Of a stretch of 64,000 nucleotides of DNA, positions 45,722 to 56,013 are shown one piece after another. A model generated the notes under the pieces. The model searched no databases. It worked only from the letters and a program-made list of their open reading frames with translations, and had not been told where the DNA came from. The translations under genes and the position numbers were made by a program. The stretch covers positions 2,672 through 66,671 of the forward strand of contig JBAUTG010000005.1 of the NCBI GenBank assembly GCA_049582105.1, in the 5' to 3' direction. The stretch is from Candidatus Dormiibacterota bacterium. GTDB taxonomy: Bacteria > Chloroflexota > Dormibacteria > Aeolococcales > Aeolococcaceae. Every line of letters begins with the position of its first letter. Within the stretch, counting starts at the first letter, position 1.

Positions 45722-47356
45722 TCAGGCTGTCGTCACCGACGCCGCGGACTGCAACCCGAGCTCCTCGACTGCAACCTGGCGCATCAGGTACTTCTGTATC
45801 TTGCCGGTGACGGTCATCGGAAACGCGTCGACGAACTTCCAGTATCGTGGGATCTTGTTCCCTGCGATCTGATTGCGGCAGTACGCGTCAAGTGTCTCGC
45901 CGGTCAGGGTCGCGCCCTCTCTGGGCTTGACCCAGGCCATGACCTCCTCCCCGTAGCGCTCCGAGGGGACACCGATCACCTGCACGTCGCTGACATCGGG
46001 GTGGCGGTAGAGGAACTCCTCGATCTCACGCGGATAGATGTTCTCGCCGCCGCGGATGATCATGTCCTTGATCCGTCCGACGATGTTGACGTAGCCGTCG
46101 TCATCCATGGTTGCGAGGTCTCCGGTGTGCATCCACCGCGCCGCGTCGATCGCCTCAGCCGTCGCCTCGGCGTTGGCCCAGTACCCGAGCATGACGCTGT
46201 AGCCGCGCGTGCACAGCTCACCGGCCGAACCGCGTGGCACGCACCGGTTGGTCTCCGGGTCGACAACCTTGACCTCGACGTGCGGATGGACGCGACCGAC
46301 AGTCCCGACCCGCTTCTCCAGCGGATCGTCGAGGGCGCTCTGCGTTGATACGGGCGAAGTCTCGGTCATGCCGTAGCAGATGGTCACCTCGCGCATGTTC
46401 ATGCGCGACTGCACCTTGCGCATCACCTCGACTGGGCATGGTGATCCCGCCATGATGCCGGTGCGCAGATGCGTGAAATCGAACGTTTCGAAATCGGGAT
46501 GCTCGAGCTCGGCGATGAACATCGTGGGCACGCCATAGAGCGAGGTGCAGCGCTCGTCCTGTGTCACCCGCATCGTCGCGGCGGCCTCGAATGCCTCGCC
46601 GGGGACGACGATGCATGCGCCGTGGGTCGTGCACGCCAGGTTCCCCAGCACCATTCCGAAACAGTGGTAGAAGGGCACGGGAATGCACACACGGTCCGCG
46701 GCTGAGTAGCTGACCGTCTCGCCGATGAAGAAGCCGTTATTGAGAATGTTGTGGTGTGAGAGAGTCGCGCCCTTCGGGAATCCCGTGGTGCCCGACGTGT
46801 ACTGGATGTTGATGGCGTCGTCACACTGCAGCGTGGTCTCCACCGCGGCGAGCGCATCGAGTGAGACGCCCTCGCCATCACGGAGCAGCGATTCCCACCC
46901 GTCCTCGAGCACGAGCGCCTCACGCAACGCCGGACACGCTCCTTTGACCTCGCCGAGCATGCCGACGTAGTCCGTCTGCCTGAATGCCCGCGCGAGGATC
47001 AGGAACGACACGCCGGATTGCTGCAACGCGTACTGCAGCTCGGTGGTGCGATACGCGGGGTTGATGTTCACCAGGATGGCGCCGATCCGCGCCGTCGCGA
47101 ACTGCACGACGACCCACTCGAACCTGTTGGGCGACCAGATGCCGACGCGGTCACCCTTGGTCACACCGCGAGCAAGCAGGCCACGCGCGACGAGTTCCAC
47201 CTGGTCCCAGAGCTGGCCGTACGTCGCGCGATAGCCCTGGTGGGGAACGACAAGCGCCTCGGTGTCGCCGTGTTCCTCCACGGTTCGTCGGAGGTTGTCG
47301 CCGATGGTCTCACCGAGCAAGGGGAGCGCGCTGACGCCCGATGCATAGGACAGCAT
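45722..47356 (-). CDS. long-chain-fatty-acid--CoA ligase (AMP-dependent synthetase/ligase)
   Basis: It has the AMP-binding motif '[18 protein letters not shown]', plus 'GYGMTE' and '[21 protein letters not shown]'. The start was set at ATG 47356, 11 nt after GAGGAGG; the track's upstream extension looks non-coding. Confidence 0.85.
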   Translation of the reverse strand: MLSYASGVSALPLLGETIGDNLRRTVEEHGDTEALVVPHQGYRATYGQLWDQVELVARGLLARGVTKGDRVGIWSPNRFEWVVVQFATARIGAILVNINPAYRTTELQYALQQSGVSFLILARAFRQTDYVGMLGEVKGACPALREALVLEDGWESLLRDGEGVSLDALAAVETTLQCDDAINIQYTSGTTGFPKGATLSHHNILNNGFFIGETVSYSAADRVCIPVPFYHCFGMVLGNLACTTHGACIVVPGEAFEAAATMRVTQDERCTSLYGVPTMFIAELEHPDFETFDFTHLRTGIMAGSPCPVEVMRKVQSRMNMREVTICYGMTETSPVSTQSALDDPLEKRVGTVGRVHPHVEVKVVDPETNRCVPRGSAGELCTRGYSVMLGYWANAEATAEAIDAARWMHTGDLATMDDDGYVNIVGRIKDMIIRGGENIYPREIEEFLYRHPDVSDVQVIGVPSERYGEEVMAWVKPREGATLTGETLDAYCRNQIAGNKIPRYWKFVDAFPMTVTGKIQKYLMRQVAVEELGLQSAASVTTA

Positions 47357-47455
47357 GCCGGTGTCGACCTCCTCGTTCAGACTTCGATCCGCAGGGCACA
47401 ACGATACCCGGCGGCATCGGTCTCCGAAAGCGCGACGGCGCACAGTCGCGGCACG

Positions 47456-48766
47456 TCACTGGATCGCGAGCGAGGGGACCTCGCTGCCTTCAGCGGCATT
47501 CTCCGTGAGCGAGAGTGCTGCGCCGGGCTCCCCGGCGGGCCGGTCTCGCCGCATCCCGAGCCTCCTGACCGCGAGCACGCCGATCCCTGCGGCGGTGAGG
47601 CACGAGAGGCCGCCGACTGCCAGTCCGACCCTCGCGCCGGCGAGCGCGACGACCCACCCGATCAGCGGACCACCGATTGGGGTCGACCCCATGAATGCCA
47701 CCGCCCACAGCGCCATGACGCGGCCGCGCATCGACGGCACGGCCTGGAGTTGCAGTGTCGAGTTGCCGGTCGCGAGACAGGTGACGCTGGTCCAGCCGAC
47801 CGTCGCCATGACGACGAACGCGACCGCGATCACCGGCGAGAGCGCAGCGCAGACCATCGCCACACCGAAGGCGCCGGCGGCATAGGTCAGCGGCCGGAGA
47901 CCGGTGCGCCCACGGGTCGCCGTCATCAGGCCTCCGCACACCGCCCCCACTCCCATCGACGCGGTGAGGAATCCGTACGTCGTGGCGTTGCCGCCAAATG
48001 TCTGCTTGGCGAGCACCGGCAGGGTTACCTGGAACTCGTACGCGAGCGTGCCGATGATCGCCATCATCAAGAGCGGCACCCAGAGGCGTGGATCCTCCGC
48101 GATGTAGCGGAACCCTTCGCGCAACTGCCCCCTCCCACGGTGCGTCGGCGGGCTCGGGCGCAGTGCACCGGTCTCCATCGAGACGAGCGAGAACACGACG
48201 GCGCCGAAGCTCGCGGCGTTCACGAGAAAGCAGATCCCGATGCCGACCGTCGCGATGAGCACGCCCGCGACCGCCGGTCCGACCGCGCGTGCGGCGTTGA
48301 CCATCGTCGAGTTGAGGCTCACGGCATTGCGGAGCTCGTCGGCGCCGACCATCTCGAGCACGAACGACTGGCGCGCGGGATTCTCGAAGCAGTTGTTGAG
48401 CCCAAGTACCACCGCGAGGAGACAGATCTCCCAGAAGATGATCGCGTGCGTCACGACGAGGACACCGAGCACGAGTGCCTGCAACCCCATCAACGATTGC
48501 AACAGGATCATGAGACGGCGCTTGTCGACTCGGTCCGCGATGACGCCACCGTACGGACCGAGGAGGAGCACCGGCAGCGTCTGCAGCGCGAGCACGAAGC
48601 CGATCGCGGTCGCCGAGTGCGTGAGCGTGAACACGAGCCACGACTGCGCGACCGATTGCATCCAGGTCCCGATCAGTGACGTGCTCTGACCGACGAAGTA
48701 GCGCCGGTAATTCGGGATCGCGAGTGCCGAGAAGGTGCGCCGGCTGATGGCGACGAGGCGGCTCAC
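47456..48766 (-). CDS. MFS transporter (EntS/YbdA-like)
   Basis: It has 12 TM helices and the motif 'LGPYGGVIADRVDKRRLM'. It starts at GTG, overlapping the marR stop by 4 nt. Confidence 0.85.
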   Translation of the reverse strand: MSRLVAISRRTFSALAIPNYRRYFVGQSTSLIGTWMQSVAQSWLVFTLTHSATAIGFVLALQTLPVLLLGPYGGVIADRVDKRRLMILLQSLMGLQALVLGVLVVTHAIIFWEICLLAVVLGLNNCFENPARQSFVLEMVGADELRNAVSLNSTMVNAARAVGPAVAGVLIATVGIGICFLVNAASFGAVVFSLVSMETGALRPSPPTHRGRGQLREGFRYIAEDPRLWVPLLMMAIIGTLAYEFQVTLPVLAKQTFGGNATTYGFLTASMGVGAVCGGLMTATRGRTGLRPLTYAAGAFGVAMVCAALSPVIAVAFVVMATVGWTSVTCLATGNSTLQLQAVPSMRGRVMALWAVAFMGSTPIGGPLIGWVVALAGARVGLAVGGLSCLTAAGIGVLAVRRLGMRRDRPAGEPGAALSLTENAAEGSEVPSLAIQ

Positions 48767-49251
48767 CCGCGGCTCGAACCGGCCATCGCAGGCGAGCGCG
48801 CGAGCAGCCGCTCAGCCAGCTCCTCGATCACCGGCAGCGCGTCGAGAACGGCTCTGCGCTCGAGGTCATCCAGCCCGCGGAGCAGTTGCGAGAGGGCGTC
48901 GTTCCTTTCGGACCGGATGCGGTCGAGCAGGCGGCGCCCCTTCGGTGTCACGTCGACGCGGCAGACGCGTCGATCCCCTTCCACAACGAGGCGGCGCATC
49001 AGCCCCCCCGCCTCGAGCCGGGGCACCAGCCTGGACAGCATGGTCGGGTTCAGCCCCGCGAAACCGGCGAGATCCGAGAGGCGGAGCGGACCGCGGCGGT
49101 CAGCCGCAAAGAGCACATCGACCTCGGTCGGGGTCAGAGCCCCCGCAGCGGCGGTGGGGCGGAGGCGCTTTGCGAGGCGAGTGACCGCGAGGCGCAGGCG
49201 CGCCGCGCTCCCATCCGATGCCACCGCTTCCGTGACCGGGCGTCTCATCAC
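48763..49251 (-). CDS. MarR family transcriptional regulator
   Basis: It has the winged HTH 'LTPTEVDVLFAADRRGPLRLSDLAGFAGLNPTMLSRLVPRLEAGGLMRR'. Confidence 0.85.
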   Translation of the reverse strand: MMRRPVTEAVASDGSAARLRLAVTRLAKRLRPTAAAGALTPTEVDVLFAADRRGPLRLSDLAGFAGLNPTMLSRLVPRLEAGGLMRRLVVEGDRRVCRVDVTPKGRRLLDRIRSERNDALSQLLRGLDDLERRAVLDALPVIEELAERLLARSPAMAGSSRG

Positions 49252-49318
49252 ACCGCTGCCTCCGATGCTTGCCTGCTGGCAAGCAGGATAGCCCCGCGGT
49301 GGTGGTAGATCCGCGTCG

Positions 49319-50794
49319 CTACACGGTGTCGCGGATCACGTCTCCGAGCCTGCGCACCGCTCCATCGGCCGCGCACTCGTCCAGCCCGCCGAACCCGATG
49401 ATGAGCCCGGGTCGAGACGCTCCGTTCGCGTAACAGGTCGACAATGCCGTCGGGAACATGCCGAGCCGCGACGCGGTGCGGGCAACCGCCTTGTCGTCGG
49501 CTCCGTCCGGGAGAAACGCGACGAGATGGAGTCCCGCATCGGCGTTGCCGACCGTGAGCACGTCGCCGGCGTGGCGCTCGATCGCTCCGATCATGGCGTC
49601 GCGGCGAGCGAGATAGACGGCGCGCATCCGGCGCAGGTGGCGCGCGAAGTGCCCTTCCTTCAGAAAGTCCGTCAGCACCAGCTGATAGAGGGTGGGAGAG
49701 AACAGGTCGAACGTCTCGCGCATGCGCACGAACCGGGTTATGAGCTCGTGCGGGACGACCACATAGCCCAGCCGGATGGAGGGGAACAGGACCTTGCTGA
49801 AGGTGCCGAGGTAGATGACCCGCCCGCTGGTGTCCATCCCCTGCAGCGCGCCCAGCGGACGGCTCGAGTAGCGGTACTCGCTGTCGTAATCGTCCTCGAG
49901 GATCCAGGCGTTGTTGCGCTCAGCCCATCCGAGCAGCTCGAGGCGGCGCGACACGGCCATCGAGACCCCGAGCGGGTATTGATGCGACGGCGTGACGTAC
50001 GCGAGCTTCGCCCGCGGCCCGAGGCGTGTGATCGCGGCGACGTCGATACCGTCGCGATCGACCGGGATCGGGACGACGTTAGCCGCCGTGGTCGCGAGAG
50101 CATGACGCGCCCCCCGATATCCGGGGTCCTCCATGCAGACCACCGAGTCGGCCGTCGTCAGCGACATCGCCGCCACTCGCAGTCCCATCTGCGACCCGGA
50201 GAGAACGATGACCTGGCTCGCGTCGCAGTCGACCGCGCGAGCGGTTCGAAGGTATGCGGCGATCGCCTCGCGAAGCGGTGCGTATCCCGCGGCGTCTCCA
50301 TAGGCAAGGAGGTCAGGGGTGAGGTGCGCCGCGTGCTTGCGCGTCAGCCGAGCGAAGGTTTCATGCGGAAAGCGATCGAGCGCGGGGATGCTTCGGAACG
50401 TCCCCGCACCCTCGACGCGCGCCACGGCATCGTGCCCCGGAGGCGCGACCGGCGCCCGCACCGGCAGTGGCGGAGACATCGGCCGGCGCAGACGCATCGG
50501 TCTCGCGACCTCGTCGGGGATGCAGTCGCGCACGTACGTCCCCGATCCGACCTTGCCTTCGAGGTATCCCTCGTGGAGGAGCTGCTCGAACGCGTTCAGC
50601 ACCGGAAGACGAGAGATCTGCAGTTCCGCGGCGAGCGTTCGAGTGGAAGGGAGTCGCTGACCGGGTCCGAGGCGGCCGGAGAGGATGGCCATCCGATAAC
50701 CGTCGTAGATCTGGGTGTAGAACGGCACACCGGAGGCTCGGTCAAACGCGATGTACGGGGAGAGACCGGCGCTCGATGCCGTCTTCACCGCCAC
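49319..50794 (-). CDS. MocR/GabR family regulator (GntR-type HTH fused to a class I aminotransferase-like PLP domain)
   Basis: The N-terminal HTH is 'LPSTRTLAAELQISRLPVLNAFEQLLHEGYLEGKVGSGTYV'. The C-terminal ~380 aa are aminotransferase-like. Confidence 0.85.
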   Translation of the reverse strand: MAVKTASSAGLSPYIAFDRASGVPFYTQIYDGYRMAILSGRLGPGQRLPSTRTLAAELQISRLPVLNAFEQLLHEGYLEGKVGSGTYVRDCIPDEVARPMRLRRPMSPPLPVRAPVAPPGHDAVARVEGAGTFRSIPALDRFPHETFARLTRKHAAHLTPDLLAYGDAAGYAPLREAIAAYLRTARAVDCDASQVIVLSGSQMGLRVAAMSLTTADSVVCMEDPGYRGARHALATTAANVVPIPVDRDGIDVAAITRLGPRAKLAYVTPSHQYPLGVSMAVSRRLELLGWAERNNAWILEDDYDSEYRYSSRPLGALQGMDTSGRVIYLGTFSKVLFPSIRLGYVVVPHELITRFVRMRETFDLFSPTLYQLVLTDFLKEGHFARHLRRMRAVYLARRDAMIGAIERHAGDVLTVGNADAGLHLVAFLPDGADDKAVARTASRLGMFPTALSTCYANGASRPGLIIGFGGLDECAADGAVRRLGDVIRDTV

Positions 50795-50919
50795 GACCTC
50801 GAAGGGTGCTTGGTCGCCGGGTCACAAGGAGGCGACGCATGAAGCGCCGTGGGACAGAGACTCGCGTAGCCCGAACGACCAAGCCGGCATAGCGTGAAGC
50901 GGGCATCGTGAAAACGCGA

Positions 50920-50962
50920 GTACCACTTCCGATCACGTGATACCAGCCATTCCAGCGTACCA
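50920..50962. promoter_or_regulatory. cluster of (A/G)TACCA direct repeats upstream of the MocR-family gene: candidate MocR operator
   Basis: GTACCA lies at 50920-50925, ATACCA at 50940-50945 and GTACCA at 50957-50962, with a fourth GTACCA at 51122-51127. GabR/PdxR-type regulators bind direct ATACCA-like repeats. Confidence 0.35.
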
Positions 50963-51298
50963 ATCCGCGTCGAACGCATGGTGCCATTCTGTGGTTTTCG
51001 AGGAACTGCCTCATCACCCAGAAGGATGATTTTCGCAGTGCTCCTGTCGCCGGTCATGCAGCGCATCGCGCGCGAGACATGCAACCTCGTGGTCACTCGA
51101 AGCATGATCGCGCCTTGTGCCGTACCACTTTCTCGAAATGATCTCGTGCCATTTTGCGAGTTTCCGCGAAGCAACTCATCACCCGTTGGAGTGAATTCCT
51201 CGACGAATCGTGTCGGGCGCCGGAAGACGTTTCGTATCGTGATTGCGCGAGTGCACCAATCGACTTGCTGAGGAGGCGCAGATGACGTCGCAACGCGC

Positions 51299-51547
51299 AT
51301 GGCGGCAGCGGAGTCTCATCACGTCCGCAGCGCTGACGCAACGCTGCTTGTCGCCGCATGCGGCAGCACGAGCAATGCGACCGGGCCCTCGGTGAACAAG
51401 ACCACCGCCACGTTCGCCGAGGGCCGCGACGGTCAGGCGTCGACAGCGACTGCCGCAGCGGCGAACGCCGCCATCGACGGGAAGGTCCAGTCCGGGTGGA
51501 CGTCGCAGTCGGGCGGCGGTGTCGCGCCCCACCCGGCACGGCCCTGA
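51299..51547 (+). CDS. possible small lipoprotein (weak call; may be the frameshifted remainder of an ORF starting at 51282)
   Basis: It has a lipobox-like 'LLVAAC'. An ATG at 51282 in another frame has an ideal SD (GAGGAGG plus 5 nt). The 3' end overlaps the convergent HAD gene by about 115 bp. Confidence 0.25.
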   Translation: MAAAESHHVRSADATLLVAACGSTSNATGPSVNKTTATFAEGRDGQASTATAAAANAAIDGKVQSGWTSQSGGGVAPHPARP

Positions 51548-52179
51548 CGCCGGTTGATCCACACCGTCGGCAAGCCCGCGCTGTGCGCCGGGGTGTGGTC
51601 GTGGAAAAGGCTCTGAGCCACGTGAAGCAACCGCCCGTGCTCGACGCCCAGGTCGCCGGCCGCGCGAAGCAGGGCTTCGAAGTTGCGCGCCGCAGGCTTG
51701 TACGAGCCGACGTCCTGCGCTGTGACGATCGCGTCGAAGTGTATGTGCAGTCTCGCGTTGCTCCCGGCGAAGGACGTGCGGTCAACATTGGAGAGAATGA
51801 TCAGCTTGTATCGCGCCGCGAGCAACGCGAGTGCTGCCGGCGAGTCCGGGAATGCCGGCCATCCGGCGACCGACCGCGCAAGACGCTCACAGTCTTCGAT
51901 CGTCGCCGTCGTACCGACAGCTGTCGCGAGCGTTCGCATCGCGGCGGCGAGGATGTCCGGGTACAGCGCCCCGGGGGTGCGCTCCTCCTCCAGGGCTTCG
52001 GCGGTCGCGTAGCGCTCGAGCAGTTGCTCGGGGGTGAGCGCCACTCCCTGCCTCGCCGCCCACGGTGCGAGCGCGGCGGAGATCCCGGACTCCCAATCGA
52101 TGAGCGTCCCGTAGCAGTCGAAGCTCAAGGCGTCGAAGTCCGTGAGCAGGGCTGGTTCCTTGTTCACGGACGCGATCAT
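51433..52179 (-). CDS. HAD-superfamily hydrolase (haloacid dehalogenase type II-like)
   Basis: It contains 'FDCYGTLIDWE' (HAD motif I), 'LIILSNVD' and 'SYKPAARNFEA'. The start was set at ATG 52179 ('MIASVNKEP'). Confidence 0.75.
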   Translation of the reverse strand: MIASVNKEPALLTDFDALSFDCYGTLIDWESGISAALAPWAARQGVALTPEQLLERYATAEALEEERTPGALYPDILAAAMRTLATAVGTTATIEDCERLARSVAGWPAFPDSPAALALLAARYKLIILSNVDRTSFAGSNARLHIHFDAIVTAQDVGSYKPAARNFEALLRAAGDLGVEHGRLLHVAQSLFHDHTPAHSAGLPTVWINRRQGRAGWGATPPPDCDVHPDWTFPSMAAFAAAAVAVDA

Positions 52180-52210
52180 CCGCCTTGGACGGCGCCGCGA
52201 CCGGTCGGGA

Positions 52211-53275
52211 ATGCCGAGGCCGGGTGGCGAGGGCGCACTCACCTCTTGCGGCCGCTTGGGGCTAGGCTTCGCCACCGTGGAGCGATACGCCGACGGGCCC
52301 GCCTACCTGGGACCCACCACGTTCTGCCGGGTGCCGTCCCTGACCGCTCCCGATCAGCTCGACGAGGTGCGACCGGATATCGCCATCGTCGGCGCCCCGT
52401 GGGACGACGGCGTGACCTATCGCCCGGGGGCTCGTTTCGGCCCGCGCAGCGTGCGCACCGCGTCGTACCAATCCGCCGAATGGCACCTCGAGCTCGAGGT
52501 CGCGCCACTCGACGTGCTCCGTGTCATCGATTACGGCGACGCGATGTGCCTTCCGGGCATGGCAGAGGAGTCGCACACCGCGATCCGAACCCGCGTCGGC
52601 GAGGTTGCGCAGCGTCACATCATCCCGATGGTGATCGGCGGTGATCACTCGATCACCTGGCCCTCGGCCACGGCCGTCGCCGCCGCATACCCACCCGGCA
52701 GCCTCGGCATCGTGCACTTCGATGCACACGCCGACACCGGCAACAACCAGTGGGGGAACCTGTACTCACACGGGTCTCCGATGCGCCGGCTCATCGAGTC
52801 CGGCGTTGTCCCGGGGCGCAATTTCGTGCAGGTCGGCCTGCGCGGATACTGGCCCCCGAAGGACGTCTTCGACTGGATGCGCGAACAGGGGATGCGCTGG
52901 CACCTCATGGGCGAGCTCCGCGATCGAGGCGTGGTCCCCGTGATCGAGGACGCGATCGCCCAGGCGCTCGACGGACCAACCCACATCTACCTCTCCGTCG
53001 ATATCGATGTGCTCGATCCGGGCTTCGCGCCGGGAACGGGAACGCCGGAGCCCGGCGGCATGCAGCCGATTGACCTCCTCGCCGCCATTCGGCAGATCGC
53101 CCTGCGCACCGACCTCGTCGCGATGGATGTCGTCGAGGTCTCGCCGCCGTATGACTGGGCGGAGCTGACCTCGCAGAATGCGCATCGATGCCTGCTCGAG
53201 GCGATCTCCGCGCTCGCCGTCAAGCGTCGCAACGGAGACCTGCCGGCGCCGCAGAATCAGTCGGAAAGCGCTTGA
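52211..53275 (+). CDS. agmatinase / ureohydrolase (arginase family)
   Basis: The arginase-family metal-binding blocks are present: 'IVGAPWDDGVTYRPGARFGP', 'GGDHSITWP', 'HFDAHADT' and 'SVDIDVLDPGFAPGTGTPEPGG'. The start was set at ATG 52211 to avoid overlapping the divergent HAD start. Confidence 0.8.
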   Translation: MPRPGGEGALTSCGRLGLGFATVERYADGPAYLGPTTFCRVPSLTAPDQLDEVRPDIAIVGAPWDDGVTYRPGARFGPRSVRTASYQSAEWHLELEVAPLDVLRVIDYGDAMCLPGMAEESHTAIRTRVGEVAQRHIIPMVIGGDHSITWPSATAVAAAYPPGSLGIVHFDAHADTGNNQWGNLYSHGSPMRRLIESGVVPGRNFVQVGLRGYWPPKDVFDWMREQGMRWHLMGELRDRGVVPVIEDAIAQALDGPTHIYLSVDIDVLDPGFAPGTGTPEPGGMQPIDLLAAIRQIALRTDLVAMDVVEVSPPYDWAELTSQNAHRCLLEAISALAVKRRNGDLPAPQNQSESA

Positions 53276-54456
53276 CCGACCGCGCGCACGGTCGCGCGGC
53301 CCGGTAGCCCGAGCGCGAGCGGGATGCCGAGCGCACCCACGACGGCGAGCGCCGCGAACGGCAGGTAGGCGTTGCCCATCAGCGCCTGGATGACGAGGAC
53401 CAGCACGACGCCGCCGAGGTTGCCGGCCATCAACAGGAAGCCCGCCGCGGCGCCCTCGTGTGCCCTGCCCGCGTACACCGCGGACCAGTCGAGCACGACC
53501 GGCAGGCAGGCCATGATGAGAAACCCGGTGGCGAAGAGCCAGATACCCAGCCACACGACGTCGTGGCGGAGATCCGACGCGGCGAACGCGACAGCACTGA
53601 AGGCGAGTGCCACCACGAGCATCGTTCGACGCTGGTCGCGTCCCGCGACAAGCGGGGGGAGCACTGCGGCGCCGACGATGCCGCCCGCCGTGAGCACCGC
53701 TATCAGGTTTCCAGCCGCACCCCCCTGACCGAAGTTCGTCAGCACCGGTTGCAACCAGGTTGCGACCGCGTTGTACACGCCCATGCCGATGAAGATGAGT
53801 CCCGCGAGCAACCACATGAAGCGGTCGCGCACGAGCCAGCGCAGGCTCACCGCCGTCGACGCGTTGTCACGGTACGTCGCCGGCGCACGGAGCAGCACGA
53901 GCATAAGCAGTGCGCCGATCACCGAGGGAATGGCCTCGACGCCGAGCACGAGACCAATGCCCCCGGCGCTGAAGAGGGGGCCGGCGATCAGCACCGATGC
54001 GAGGATCCCGATGAACAGCGCGACGCTGCCGATGGCGATCGCGGTCGCACGTTCCGGTTGCGGGAAATAGCGCGCAGCGACCTTGGTGATGCTGTTGAGC
54101 ACGAACGGTTGCCCGGCCGCGATGACGAACTGCCCGCCGAGTTGCACGGCGAACGATGTCGGGGCGATGAGGCGGAGCAGCGCGCCGCCACCGGTGAGCA
54201 CGGCGCCGACGCCGAGCGCATGTGAGAAGCGCGAGTCCAGCCAGCGCCCGACCGGCAGCGCGAGCACGACGTAGACGAAGGGAAAGATCGCGGCGAGGTC
54301 GCCCACAGTGCCGACATCCGTGTGCATGACTCTCGCGGTGTCAGTGTCGATCGCCGCGAAGGTGAGCCAGAGCAACTGCGTGCACCCCGCGAGCAGCGCG
54401 TACACCGAGAGGATCGCCCACCGTCGCGCGGGAGCACGACCGACATCTCCGCTCAC
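53257..54456 (-). CDS. MFS transporter
   Basis: It is a 12-TM protein of about 400 aa with a GxxxG-rich MFS pattern. Confidence 0.75.
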   Translation of the reverse strand: MSGDVGRAPARRWAILSVYALLAGCTQLLWLTFAAIDTDTARVMHTDVGTVGDLAAIFPFVYVVLALPVGRWLDSRFSHALGVGAVLTGGGALLRLIAPTSFAVQLGGQFVIAAGQPFVLNSITKVAARYFPQPERATAIAIGSVALFIGILASVLIAGPLFSAGGIGLVLGVEAIPSVIGALLMLVLLRAPATYRDNASTAVSLRWLVRDRFMWLLAGLIFIGMGVYNAVATWLQPVLTNFGQGGAAGNLIAVLTAGGIVGAAVLPPLVAGRDQRRTMLVVALAFSAVAFAASDLRHDVVWLGIWLFATGFLIMACLPVVLDWSAVYAGRAHEGAAAGFLLMAGNLGGVVLVLVIQALMGNAYLPFAALAVVGALGIPLALGLPGRATVRAVGQALSD

Positions 54457-56009
54457 GCGTTCAACCTCGCATACACCCCGTGCAGGCGATGGTACAGGCG
54501 TCGGTACTCCGCATACATGGGCTCATACACCTGCATCGCAGCCGCGTCGGGCTCGAAGGTGCGCGTCACCCGCACGCGCTCGGCGACATCCGTAAGCTCG
54601 ATCCTGCCGAGCGACATCGCCGCGAAGAACGCAGCACCGCGGAGGTTCGCGTACATCGGCTCGTCGACCTGTTCGATGCGGCGGTTGAGGATGTCGGCAT
54701 GGATCTGGCACCAAAGATCCGACAGGGCGCCGCCGCCGAGAATCCGCAGCGAGGGCATGGATCGCTTGATGAAGCGCTCGACGGAGTCGAGCAACCAGCG
54801 CGCGTTGAAGGCAACTCCCTCCAGCACCGCGCGCACGAGATGGGTGCGCTCGGTCGTCATGGAGAGGTTGAGGAACGCGGCACGGAGGTTCCGGTCCTCG
54901 ACAGGGCTTCGCTCGCCGTTGAGCCACGGAGTGAACAGGACGCCACCCGCGCCCGGCGGCGCCGTCGCCGCGATTGCGGTGAGCCTGGTGTAGTCGGCAT
55001 TCGCGCTCTGGCGGTCCTCGCCCGTCCCGACTGCGGCACGCAACCACGCAAGGCAGACCCCTGCGGTCTCGTGGTTGTTGGCGACGAGATAGGACCCGCT
55101 GCGGAGGCCGGGGACGGACGCGATCTGGTGCAACACGTCGGTGCGCTTGAAGGGCACCTCGCATCCGATCCACGCCGTCGTGCTGATCGTGATATGGCCC
55201 GCATAGGGCGCCACCGCCCCGGAGCCGACGTACCCCGAGTGCAGATCCGGGATCCCCGCCACCACAGGGATGCCGTGCGGCAGGCCGAGCTCCTCCGCGA
55301 CCGACGGCTTGATGTTGCCGAGCACGCTTCCGGTCGGCAGGAGCTCCGGCAGCTTTGCCGGGTCGCGCCCCGACCTCCGCACGAGAGCGGCCTGATAGCC
55401 GCTTGCGCCCTTCGGACGGTTGTCGGTCAGCCAGGACAGGATCATCGATGCCTGCGTGGCCGCCCGCCGTCCGGTGAAGCGCATCCCGAGATAATCGAGC
55501 GGCTCGAGCAGGGTCTCGATCCTCGCGTAGACCTCGGGCTCGCGATCGCGCAGGTGGAGGTGGTGACCGAGGGGGTCGGCGCCGTGGGGTGACGGCGCAC
55601 CACCGGTGACCCGCAACCAGGCCAGGAGGTTCCCCGGTGAATACCCCACGATGCTGATCGGACCGCCCATCCGCCTCGCCGAGAGCGGCCGGCCGCGGGT
55701 GTCGGCCCAAAGCAGGCAGGGCCCGACCGGCTCGTCGCCGGCGCCGACCGGTACCGTCGAGCCCCACTGACCGGTGAGGCCGACGCCGATCGCCGCGTCC
55801 GCCCGCACGCCCTGGCCAAGCACGTCGGCGACACCCTCGCGGATGCCCCGCCACCAGGTGTGCGGGTCCTGGACCGCGCCACCATCATCGGTGTACGTCG
55901 TCGGCACAGCCCGGATCGCCACCCCCAGGAGCTCACCGTCGAGGGAGACGGCGCCGATCTTCGGGCCTCCGGTCCCGAGATCGACGGCCAGGATCCAGGG
56001 CGCCGTCAT
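54453..56009 (-). CDS. FGGY family carbohydrate kinase (xylulokinase/gluconokinase-like)
   Basis: It contains 'ILAVDLGTGGPKIGAV' (N-terminal phosphate 1) and the 'GGGALSDLW' ATP-binding block. Confidence 0.8.
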   Translation of the reverse strand: MTAPWILAVDLGTGGPKIGAVSLDGELLGVAIRAVPTTYTDDGGAVQDPHTWWRGIREGVADVLGQGVRADAAIGVGLTGQWGSTVPVGAGDEPVGPCLLWADTRGRPLSARRMGGPISIVGYSPGNLLAWLRVTGGAPSPHGADPLGHHLHLRDREPEVYARIETLLEPLDYLGMRFTGRRAATQASMILSWLTDNRPKGASGYQAALVRRSGRDPAKLPELLPTGSVLGNIKPSVAEELGLPHGIPVVAGIPDLHSGYVGSGAVAPYAGHITISTTAWIGCEVPFKRTDVLHQIASVPGLRSGSYLVANNHETAGVCLAWLRAAVGTGEDRQSANADYTRLTAIAATAPPGAGGVLFTPWLNGERSPVEDRNLRAAFLNLSMTTERTHLVRAVLEGVAFNARWLLDSVERFIKRSMPSLRILGGGALSDLWCQIHADILNRRIEQVDEPMYANLRGAAFFAAMSLGRIELTDVAERVRVTRTFEPDAAAMQVYEPMYAEYRRLYHRLHGVYARLNA

Positions 56010-56013
56010 GGCA

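Noticed and set aside
50978-51271. 97-aa ORF with an internal peptide repeat (VPFCGFRGTASSP / VPFCEFPRSNSSP)
   Set aside because: It lies in a ~55% GC region lacking the GC3 bias of this genome's genes. The peptide repeat simply mirrors the 39-bp DNA direct repeat, so it was treated as non-coding regulatory DNA.
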